A stretch of DNA of 64,000 nucleotides, from NCBI GenBank assembly GCA_030867685.1, contig JAQOWU010000007.1:310001-374000 (forward strand). Direction: 5' to 3'. How positions within the stretch are numbered: the first letter of the stretch is position 1; every line of letters begins with the position of its first letter. This document shows positions 32,442 through 41,260 of this stretch, in pieces. The stretch comes from Wickerhamiella versatilis. Lineage: Eukaryota. Position numbers and translations under genes: made by a program. Below the pieces are notes generated by a model, which saw only the letters and a program-made list of their open reading frames with translations, was not told the origin of the DNA and searched no databases.

Positions 32442-34043
32442 TTATTGGGTAGACTTCGGCTGGTTCTCTAGAGCCTTTTTCACCCAATTGTACGCGATGT
32501 CCCATCTTTCCTCAAGTGATCTTGCCAGAGAGGGCAGTGCAAATTTACGAAACCTTGGTGTATTTTTACTTATCTCTTCAAGAAGTGACCAATTTTGGGG
32601 GTCATGTGGATATAAACACATATAAAAGCAAAGGACTGTATGTGCGAAGTCAACCAGCATAGATTGAAATGCAGCATATCTTTTCGTTTTACCAGTGCGA
32701 GTCAACGCCACATCCAAAATACCCTTTGCTGCTTTTATGCACGTTCTTGCCGCTGTTTCATCCATGTAAGTGAATGCCAGTTCCCAAGATGCCACACACT
32801 TCAATACATAGTATTCCTGGATAGTAGAGCATGTCCATGAAATGAAAATGTTAGCACTGTCTTGATTTTCCTTGAGTGAGGCAGGTAACTCCTCATACCA
32901 CTTCTCCAGCTCCACATTGAGGGTGGTAGCACCCAATGCAGCATTATCTCTAGATTTTGGCGATGATCTGATATCGATAAAATATCTTTGGACTCGATCA
33001 CTAATTTGTTCAAGACCGAATAAATAAGTGAGCCCACATAAATCACTACTTTCAGGCCAAACGGGTATCGGAGTTGAGGCTTCGGAGGCTGTAAGAAACG
33101 GAAACTTACCTGTGAGTAGATGATTAGCTCTTGCTGTTGCATAAAGCAACCAAAATACTGTTTCAACGCGTCGTGCCAAACTAGATCTCATCCCAGCGTA
33201 TGTTTCTTTCTGATTGAGTTTCAAGCGGACAGCTATAGTTTTCGCTATCCAGAAAAGAAAGCTAAACTGCTGCGTTAGGCCAAATCTACCGTTGACATAC
33301 AGGAAGAACATAATCGCGTGGAAATGGACTACTTTAGGGGGTTCAAGCCCGAGTAAAGCAACAGCCCGCATCGCCTGACCAAAAGCGATGCCAAAGTTAT
33401 TTGCATTGGGTAAGATCCCCTCAGAAATAGCGAGCATTATGATTCCAGATTTAAAAATATTAGCGACAAGGCACGACGTGTCTGAGCCAATGTAATCGTG
33501 TTCCCGTACTAAAACCGACAGGCAATCACTATGTTTCTCTTGCATCACAAACTCACTCCACTTTGAAAGATATAACTCTGTTGTTTTCTCATCGATGGTC
33601 TCTTCATGTCTGTTCACGTGCAACGCAAGCTCCTGCATATAATCGCCTAATAGAGCGGTATAAGTCTCCTCCTGCTTTTGCATTCTCACGAAAAAATCAT
33701 CATCTTGAGCCCAAAACTTAAGTTTGTCGAGCTGAGACACGGAAAGAATAACTATCAACGGTTTCTCTCCCATCTTCGTCCTGTAGTCGTATTGCATGGC
33801 CGGGAAAATGTCAGCTCGTGAAGTATCTCCATCAAGAATGAAGCTCTTTGAAACCTTAAGCAACGAGTCCTCCATCCACCTAAGCTTGTCTTTCACATGG
33901 GTTTTCCCTCTAAACGGCTCCGAGCGAAACTTCTCATCTTCATGAGAATGCTTACGTTTTAGACACACATTACAGGCTTTAATGTCCTTTCCTAGTTTTG
34001 GGCCACATGCATCACAGCTGTGGGGGTCATTGGTTCCATCCAT
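32442..34043 (-). CDS. Fungal transcription-factor-like protein (degenerate N-terminal Cys cluster plus middle homology region)
   Basis: N-terminal 'SCDAC...ACNVC'; 'A..IAVRLKLNQ', 'RRVETVFWLLY', 'ELEKWYEELP' resemble the fungal TF middle homology region. Confidence 0.6.
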   Translation of the reverse strand: MDGTNDPHSCDACGPKLGKDIKACNVCLKRKHSHEDEKFRSEPFRGKTHVKDKLRWMEDSLLKVSKSFILDGDTSRADIFPAMQYDYRTKMGEKPLIVILSVSQLDKLKFWAQDDDFFVRMQKQEETYTALLGDYMQELALHVNRHEETIDEKTTELYLSKWSEFVMQEKHSDCLSVLVREHDYIGSDTSCLVANIFKSGIIMLAISEGILPNANNFGIAFGQAMRAVALLGLEPPKVVHFHAIMFFLYVNGRFGLTQQFSFLFWIAKTIAVRLKLNQKETYAGMRSSLARRVETVFWLLYATARANHLLTGKFPFLTASEASTPIPVWPESSDLCGLTYLFGLEQISDRVQRYFIDIRSSPKSRDNAALGATTLNVELEKWYEELPASLKENQDSANIFISWTCSTIQEYYVLKCVASWELAFTYMDETAARTCIKAAKGILDVALTRTGKTKRYAAFQSMLVDFAHTVLCFYMCLYPHDPQNWSLLEEISKNTPRFRKFALPSLARSLEERWDIAYNWVKKALENQPKSTQ

Positions 34044-34349
34044 TCATGAATATGGCATTTAGGACTTGCCGTTTCGTAATACAGAAAAAGCTTACTCCGT
34101 ATTACGTAAATGGCAATCGATTCGACGGGCAACTAACAAGGGAGCATGGCCAGCTTGCTGGCAGGCACCATTATACATTCGCTAGCAATTTTCTTTGAGA
34201 TAGTCCACTTTTTATCTAGAGATTTCGAAGCATATTTCTATCCGAAGTGCTGTGAGGTTGATACCTAATTTGGACACGGCAACCCGCTAACATTGTATCT
34301 TGACAAGAAACTGGGTTGGACTAGATACCTGTGTGATGGATAGCCAAGA

Positions 34350-35390
34350 TTAAACAGCGGTCTTGGTTTTCCCCAGGATTCCAAAAGAGGAAATGCCGCG
34401 TGACTTGTCAGGTAAACTGATTTCTCCGTTTTCTCTCTTTTGAACAAGATACCGTAACACCTGCATCGCCTGTGACCACATGTGATCACCAATTTTGATC
34501 TCTTCATATGAGGAATCAGCCTTCCCGTCATCAAATTGGGGCAGGGGCTTCAATACCGTATGATAGTCGAGGGCATAAAATAGCGGGAAGGAATATCTAT
34601 CTTCCTTCACACTTCGCACTCGATGGGATGTCGCAATGAATTTACCCGCTGTAAGGACTTCGAGCATATCCCCAATGTTGACAACAAACGTTTCAGGGAT
34701 AGGTGGTGCATCAATCCATTCCCCTTTGCCGTTCATCACTTCAAGACCGGGTACATCGGTCAAAAGCATAGTGAAGCACTCATAGTCAGTATGAGCTCCA
34801 ATTCCTGGAGCATCATGCGCATCCCCATCGAAAGGATAGTGAATCATGCGAAGTTTGGATGGTGGAAATTGTGCCATGTTGTCGAAGTACGTTTCTTCGA
34901 GGCCTAATGCTAACGCAAACCCACGCATCATCTGCTTTCCCATAGAAAATACTGCATCATAGTAAGCTTTAGCACGTTCATGGAACTGTGGTACATCAGG
35001 CCACTCGTTGGGGCCTAAGAGCGGTGTTTTAGCCAAGACTAAAGGGTTGTCCGCGGGAACCTCATAGCCAACGTCATAGGCCTCTTTATGATCTGGTCTT
35101 TCAGCCGCACCATACATTTCCTCGCCTTCAGGTACATAGCCCTTATTGGAGCCGGAAAGGCCAATGTAATGCTTCATTTTATATTCCTGTGACTGAGAAA
35201 AAAAGTCCTTAGCAGCCTGCTTGAGGCCGCCAATTAAGTCTTGGCTTATTCCATGGCCCGAAACATAAAGAAATCCGACGTCGCGAGCGGCTGCACCAAG
35301 CTCTTCGGCCACGAGCTTTCGATCATTTATATCTTCAGAATAGAGCTTGCTTATATCCACAATGGGGATGGAAGTAAAGTCACGAGCCAT
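34350..35390 (-). CDS. 2-oxoglutarate/Fe(II) oxygenase, isopenicillin-N-synthase-like fold
   Basis: 'IPIVDIS', '[10 protein letters not shown]', 'HTDY', 'NIGD', 'ATSHRV', 'RYSFPLF' (HxD...H triad and RxS). Confidence 0.92.
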   Translation of the reverse strand: MARDFTSIPIVDISKLYSEDINDRKLVAEELGAAARDVGFLYVSGHGISQDLIGGLKQAAKDFFSQSQEYKMKHYIGLSGSNKGYVPEGEEMYGAAERPDHKEAYDVGYEVPADNPLVLAKTPLLGPNEWPDVPQFHERAKAYYDAVFSMGKQMMRGFALALGLEETYFDNMAQFPPSKLRMIHYPFDGDAHDAPGIGAHTDYECFTMLLTDVPGLEVMNGKGEWIDAPPIPETFVVNIGDMLEVLTAGKFIATSHRVRSVKEDRYSFPLFYALDYHTVLKPLPQFDDGKADSSYEEIKIGDHMWSQAMQVLRYLVQKRENGEISLPDKSRGISSFGILGKTKTAV

Positions 35391-35788
35391 AATTTGACAA
35401 TATCACGCTTGAATCTTATTCGGCAGCTGGTCTCGACAATTCAGGATATCTCACTGTCAGATGATGTGGAAATACATCAAGGGTCATTTCTTTGTTTAGG
35501 GCTAGGGTGTTTGGGAAATCACCTTCCATTTTCAATACTGCTCAACGGCTAGGCTGGAAAGTTACTCCGATCTGCAAACAGTGCGTACTCCAACCTATTG
35601 GTAGAACTGGTAGGTAGGAAATCAACTATTTTACAGCTTCTTTCAGTGTTTGAAGTGTCCTAGGTTAGTTACACATCCGCTCTGGATCTATGGCCTTTAT
35701 CTTATCGCGCTGGTGCGTATTAACGAATGAGTCATTGTATTTCGATGGTGAACCAGGCCGCGGCCAGGCACTATTAGATTTGCTTATC

Positions 35789-37441
35789 ATGTCTATAGAT
35801 CCCGAGTACATTCCTGGTACCGAGAAAATAGTTACGGGAGACAATAAAGGGGGCATCAGTCTTCTCAAGGATGATGATGTGGTCCTGCTGCCCGCGCCTA
35901 CGCTTTCTCCGAACGACCCGTTAAACTGGTCCCGATGGCGAAAATATTGGAATGCTTTTATTCTTTTAGCCTTTCGAGGACTAGGTTCGGCCTGCAGTAA
36001 TGCAGGTTTCGCGCCCGCACCTGTGCTGGTAGAGAAGCTTGGCTTCACTTATGCAGTATTCGACAATATGGCTGCTGTGGTCTTTGCATGCATGGGGGCT
36101 TGGTTATTTCTATCAGCCCCAAGTATATTTCTTTATGGAGGACGACTTCAGTATTTATTTGGCGCTGTCTGTGGTATAATCGGAATGGCTTGGTTCGCAA
36201 ACGTGTCTCATGCCAGAGATATTTACGGGTCACAATTTTTCTTAGGGATCTCTGTATCCTGCACTGAAGCGCCTGTTATTTTGGCATTTTCTCAGGTTTT
36301 CTTTCAGCACCAAATCGATTCCTTGATCGCGATATACGTACTAGCGAGTCTTGTGGGCATGTTCTGCGGACCGTTGATTGCAGGCTATGACGTTTCCGAG
36401 CGTGGCTGGGAATGGGATGGATATGCTGGTTTGATATCTTACGCTATAATTCTCATTCTAGTGGCTTTCGGACTTGAGGAGACTTATTTCGACCGCAACT
36501 ATTTCTCCTCAAGATCCTTAATGGATATCCAACCTGGGGATGATGGCAAGAACGACAGCACAAGTACAAATTTCAACTCTGAAATGAAGCTTTCCAAGAG
36601 CACTAACCAATATAATACCCCTGACGAGGACAAAAGGGATGCTCTACTAGAGTCTGACAACATCAAGTCGTACTGGCAGCGAATTGCCCTGATAACTCCG
36701 GCTTCAAATCTGAGGGGGACTGGATTTAGGCAATATGTAGACCGGCTGTGGCTCCTTCTGCGTGTATTCACTTTCCCACCCGTCATCTTCGCAGGCATAC
36801 AATGGGCGATGCAAATGTCCTGGGTTACATATTATATGACACTTGAGTCTAATTACTGGACTGAATCCCCTTGGAATTATTCTACTTCTAGTGTGGGGAT
36901 TATGTTCGTACCTACCCTTATAGGGGCCTTGGTAGGCTTTATTTATTCATTCTGGGCAGTGAAATGGTTTGTGAAGCGCATGGCTCACCGCAATGGCGGC
37001 GTAATGGAGGCGGAGGTAAGGCTCTGGTGCCTCATTCCTGGGATTATGTCCAGTACAGTCGGACTTATAGTCCTTGGTGTAGGCACGGAGCAAATGTGGG
37101 CATGGCCGGTTCCATACGTGATGTTGGGATTCATTGGCTTTGGCTTCGGATCCTTGGGAGACATCTCGATGGCATATTGTGTTGACTGTTATCCAGATTT
37201 AGTACTTGAGACGATGGTTGCTGTCGCATTCATCTTCGATATCATCTGCGCAGTACTTTCTGTTGTTTGCAGCTATTGGCTTTCAATCGGGCCACAAAAC
37301 ACTTTCATCTCTGTTGGCATGGTAAACTTATTTTTCTGCCTGTGGGCTGTGCCTATGATTTATTTTGGGAAGCGGTGTCGAAAATGGACCCGAGAGACTT
37401 ACTTTGAGTTGGTTAAAAAGCGTGATAGTTACAATGGCTAA
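35789..37441 (+). CDS. MFS transporter, Hol1-like
   Basis: 'YIPGT', 'L.P.P...PNDPLNWS', 'LEETYFDR', 'GVMEAEVRL', 'D.YP...LE.M' typical of Hol1; ATG at 35789. Confidence 0.85.
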   Translation: MSIDPEYIPGTEKIVTGDNKGGISLLKDDDVVLLPAPTLSPNDPLNWSRWRKYWNAFILLAFRGLGSACSNAGFAPAPVLVEKLGFTYAVFDNMAAVVFACMGAWLFLSAPSIFLYGGRLQYLFGAVCGIIGMAWFANVSHARDIYGSQFFLGISVSCTEAPVILAFSQVFFQHQIDSLIAIYVLASLVGMFCGPLIAGYDVSERGWEWDGYAGLISYAIILILVAFGLEETYFDRNYFSSRSLMDIQPGDDGKNDSTSTNFNSEMKLSKSTNQYNTPDEDKRDALLESDNIKSYWQRIALITPASNLRGTGFRQYVDRLWLLLRVFTFPPVIFAGIQWAMQMSWVTYYMTLESNYWTESPWNYSTSSVGIMFVPTLIGALVGFIYSFWAVKWFVKRMAHRNGGVMEAEVRLWCLIPGIMSSTVGLIVLGVGTEQMWAWPVPYVMLGFIGFGFGSLGDISMAYCVDCYPDLVLETMVAVAFIFDIICAVLSVVCSYWLSIGPQNTFISVGMVNLFFCLWAVPMIYFGKRCRKWTRETYFELVKKRDSYNG

Positions 37442-37443
37442 GC

Positions 37444-38094
37444 TCACCCCTGTTGAGCACTAGATTGCTGGACCACCCAGCTACCAGTTAGGATAGTCAT
37501 AGGAGGATGCACCATAATATTAAAGAGTTGTTCATTAAAAAGTCCATTACTAGCCAGGATTGTGGCCGTTTCATGCCCATCCTCATAGCATCCGCGAAAG
37601 AATTTGAAATTTGAACCATCTTTTTCGACTCCTTGGATCCACGTTCCCACGCGGACAATCTTGCCCACGAGATCTTGACCCCTCTTCTTCTCCAGTACCT
37701 GGAATACTATATTCGATAATACTTTATTGCCCCTTGGCATCAATTCACTGCTTTCGGGGTCCATTCTGCGCCATATCTCAATATAGGGTTCAACTCTTTG
37801 AGTAGCTGAGTTAAACATGGAGCCTGTTTCCTTAAGATCTCCGCTTGAGAGTTGTTCGAAATGGCCACTGTCTTCACAGGATTGGCCGTTTGAATCGATC
37901 TCATGAGTGTACACTGTAGTTTGGCCGCTCATTTTCGTCTGCCCACAGAATGCCCACTCTATTTCTTGAGTGCTGTTTTTACGCAGTCTGATATCCACAT
38001 AATGTTTCCCGGGTGATGTCAACACCAAGGTATCAGTATTTTCGGAAGGTTTCTGATCAGACCATTGGATAGAAACCCGTTTTGTGAGGCTCAT
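37444..38094 (-). CDS. HRI1: Hri1-family protein
   Basis: 'RVSIQW....SENTDTLVLT', 'YVDIR', 'WAF.G', 'ETG.M.N......PY.E.W'. Confidence 0.8.
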   Translation of the reverse strand: MSLTKRVSIQWSDQKPSENTDTLVLTSPGKHYVDIRLRKNSTQEIEWAFCGQTKMSGQTTVYTHEIDSNGQSCEDSGHFEQLSSGDLKETGSMFNSATQRVEPYIEIWRRMDPESSELMPRGNKVLSNIVFQVLEKKRGQDLVGKIVRVGTWIQGVEKDGSNFKFFRGCYEDGHETATILASNGLFNEQLFNIMVHPPMTILTGSWVVQQSSAQQG

Positions 38095-38445
38095 TCAACA
38101 AGCCTCCTGTACCCGGGTGGGTTTCAGATGTTCAGTTAGTCATATGTATGGCGACCAGCTGAAGTAGCAGTTTATTCGATCCAATTCATCCACAATAAAT
38201 TAGCATATATCTGGCAGCTCGAAATGCTGCTCCTTGAAAGCTCGGCTCGGCTTGACTGGGACTACCAGAGCGCAGAATCTCTCCCTGGTACAAGCTCGAC
38301 TATGTATAACTTTTTCGCTTTTTTAAACACGCTGCTAGGCTTTTGAAGCACTCAAGACAATTCTCTTTCATTTCAGGGAAAGGAACGAATCCCATCCGAT
38401 AAAGCCCGGTGTGTCATCATTTTTCAGCGGTACGTACCGTCGCTT

Positions 38446-39819
38446 ATGCGGCCCCTTTTGGCCCGCGATTCTATCCAGGATACGCCTCCAATCGCACCAC
38501 GTGAACGTAGACTACTAGTTAAGATTGATGGACTCGTACTTTCGTATGTGTGTCTTATTTATTGGGTCAACTACCTTGACCGTACAAATTTTCAGAATGC
38601 CTACCTCACGGGCCTGAAGGAGACGCTGCAGATGAAGGGCTATGAATACAACATAGTTAATACGTGTTTTACCGTGGGCTATACCGTTGGAATGGTTCCA
38701 AACAACCTGGTGTTGTTGACAGTTTCACCAAGATATTGGTTGTCGTTTTGTGCTCTTGCTTGGGGAGTACTCGTGCTATCCATGTACAAAGCAACCGATT
38801 ACCGCCAGCTCTGTGTGATCAGATTTTTTCAAGCATTATTTGAAAGCTCTACTTTCAGTGGAACGCATTTCATTCTTGGTAACTGGTACCGGGATGACGA
38901 GCTCACCAAACGCTCAGCTATTTTTACGTCGTCTGGTCTTATTGGTTCTATATTTTCTGGCTTCATGCAGTCAAGCATCCACAGCTCGTTGGATGGTCGC
39001 AATGGTCTAGCAGGCTGGCAGTGGCTATTCATAATTGACTTTGTCATTACGGTGCCGATCGCCGTTTACGGATTCTTGTTTTTCCCTGATGTACCTGAAA
39101 GAGCGTCTTGGGTGCTCAGTGTATCAGAGAAGCAGCTCGCGCGCAAGCGGCTTCCTCCCAGAAACCCAACGCACTTAGACTGGACTGTGTTCCGTCGTGT
39201 TCTAGGGCGGTGGCACTGGTGGCTCTTTTCGCTCCTATGGGCGATTGCGGGAGAAAATGAATCTTTCGGTACCAATACTATATTTGGATTATGGCTAAAA
39301 TGGGCTGGCTATTCTTCAGCAGATCGTAACAATTACCCACTTGGAATGTACTCTGTTGGAGTATTAGCCACGCTTCTTTCCGCGCTATATGTGGACTTCT
39401 TTGGCGCTCGATATCATTGGCATGTTGCTATAGTGATATTTGTGTTTATGCTAGCCGCAACGATTATTATCTTGGCCCGGCCCCTGACTGCGTCGGCCGT
39501 GTTTGCCGCTCACTACATGACCGGGGTATCTTATGCGGGCCAAGCTGCGTTTTTTGCGTGGGCAAATGTAGTTTGCTACCGCGATCTCGAGGAGCGCACG
39601 ATTACACTTGCGTCAATGAATATGTTCAGCAGTGCGGTCAATGCATGGTGGTCTATCCTTTTTTACAAGGCCAGTGATGCACCATATTGGCGATCTGGCT
39701 GCTGGGCAATGATCGCTACCTGTATTGCTACGCTGGTCGTGGCAACCACGATACGACTACTCCAGCTTCGCGAGCATGAGTCGGTTGATGACATTAAACG
39801 CCTCGCGAGTGAGCTTTAG
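38446..39819 (+). CDS. FEN2: Pantothenate transporter (MFS, anion:cation symporter family)
   Basis: 'KID..VLSYVCL.YWVNYLDR.N..NAY', 'ESSTFSGTH.ILG.WY...EL.KRSA.FTSSG', 'RWHWWLFS', 'GENE.F'. Confidence 0.88.
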   Translation: MRPLLARDSIQDTPPIAPRERRLLVKIDGLVLSYVCLIYWVNYLDRTNFQNAYLTGLKETLQMKGYEYNIVNTCFTVGYTVGMVPNNLVLLTVSPRYWLSFCALAWGVLVLSMYKATDYRQLCVIRFFQALFESSTFSGTHFILGNWYRDDELTKRSAIFTSSGLIGSIFSGFMQSSIHSSLDGRNGLAGWQWLFIIDFVITVPIAVYGFLFFPDVPERASWVLSVSEKQLARKRLPPRNPTHLDWTVFRRVLGRWHWWLFSLLWAIAGENESFGTNTIFGLWLKWAGYSSADRNNYPLGMYSVGVLATLLSALYVDFFGARYHWHVAIVIFVFMLAATIIILARPLTASAVFAAHYMTGVSYAGQAAFFAWANVVCYRDLEERTITLASMNMFSSAVNAWWSILFYKASDAPYWRSGCWAMIATCIATLVVATTIRLLQLREHESVDDIKRLASEL

Positions 39820-40093
39820 GTCAGGAACCTAATCTGTCAGTATCATATCTATTATTTATGACCACTCTGCTATTTGTAAATAAATAATAATTTGCTCACG
39901 GTACCTTTTAACTTGGGCTTGAATCCTCTCTAGACGGGAAAGTCAGGGGCAGAAGCCGCCGGGGCAATACTCTTTACTTTTAGTGTAACGCTTTTTACGC
40001 CAATCAGGTATTCTACTTCCCGAAATGAGAGCATTGCCCAGGTATCACAAAATTGGCCTTCAGAGACATTCGATGGTCTGTTTGACTCCTGTA

Positions 40094-41260
40094 TCACGAG
40101 ATGCCTGCATTTAGGCCTTCTTTGGCTGGATTGCACCAACAATGCTTACTCTTAGGCTCCCTTGGATATAGAACAAAGTTGCAACGGGGGCAGTAGGCGC
40201 TGTGCTTGCGGTATCGACTTCCACAGGCACCACAAAGCCTTCTATCAGGCTGCCAACTGATAACCCACTGCGAGGATGATGTTCTGTGGCATGAAAGACA
40301 CACGGTTTCTTTTTCGGACGGCTCTTGATCTGGCGGATCGCATTTACGGCACTTAAAAGTCTTGTTTCCCTCCTGATCAACTGTACCTTTTTTGAAATCT
40401 GCCGAGTATGGCACAAACATGCATTTTTTACAATAGTCGTGAAAGGTTTCATAGCGCGCATTGCATGCAACGCACAGTTTTCCCACATCGTTATTCCAAC
40501 TACGCCTCCATCCTCGATGCTCGGTACCGTGACACGAGAGACATTTCATCTCCGGGGCAGCCGGCCTTGGCGTAAAATTCGGCAAATGGACTGTCACTCC
40601 TTTTTCGCATTTGCTACATTTGATAGTCTGATTACCCTGTTCGTCAGGCGGGGCTTTATTCAACTGCGACTTAAATGGAACGTAATTACAGTCGCAGTGC
40701 ACACCCGTTTTCTTCCAGCAAAGACCACAGGGATTGCACAGCTTCTGGCCCGGCACCCAGCTCTGGTGCCAGTCAGAGGTATTACTTTCCCCACATGATA
40801 GGCATATGCGCGGACTATCTTTTTCAGGAGGCGCTGCCCAAACAACAGTGTGTTCATCACCACCTGCTTGACGACTACAAGTAGGGCACGGAAAGAGTTG
40901 CTCCCCCTGCTCTCCATCTTTTACCTTATATTTCATTTTCTCCCACTCTTGGTTGTTCGGAATGAAGCCGCATAATGTGCAGTGCACGGGATGCTTCATG
41001 TGGCGATTGCCGCAGGCATTGCAAAGCACACCTTGTTTGCTATCCCAGCTTGGGCGCCATCTTATAGTCTCGGTAATGCCACAGGCGATGCAGGGTCCCG
41101 AATTTCCAGCTTTTCTACCTTCTGAGCCTGCCTGAAGTCGACCAGCATTTGAGGAGTCGGGGGTTGGACCTGCAACGCTTTGTGGGTCTTGGGCCACATC
41201 ATTATCATCTTCACTCAATACTGGGTTCGAAATTTCCTTTTTCTCATCCTTTTCCCGCAT
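40094..41260 (-). CDS. Zinc-finger repeat ORF with four Ash1/HO-type (GATA-like) modules; either a separate gene or the frameshifted continuation of the HO-like gene
   Basis: Four modules CxxC-x5/6-W..SW-x4/6-LCxxC..R.....HC..C.F.P...CxxC. First ATG at 41260 overlaps the upstream ORF by 46 nt. Confidence 0.75.
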   Translation of the reverse strand: MREKDEKKEISNPVLSEDDNDVAQDPQSVAGPTPDSSNAGRLQAGSEGRKAGNSGPCIACGITETIRWRPSWDSKQGVLCNACGNRHMKHPVHCTLCGFIPNNQEWEKMKYKVKDGEQGEQLFPCPTCSRQAGGDEHTVVWAAPPEKDSPRICLSCGESNTSDWHQSWVPGQKLCNPCGLCWKKTGVHCDCNYVPFKSQLNKAPPDEQGNQTIKCSKCEKGVTVHLPNFTPRPAAPEMKCLSCHGTEHRGWRRSWNNDVGKLCVACNARYETFHDYCKKCMFVPYSADFKKGTVDQEGNKTFKCRKCDPPDQEPSEKETVCLSCHRTSSSQWVISWQPDRRLCGACGSRYRKHSAYCPRCNFVLYPREPKSKHCWCNPAKEGLNAGIS

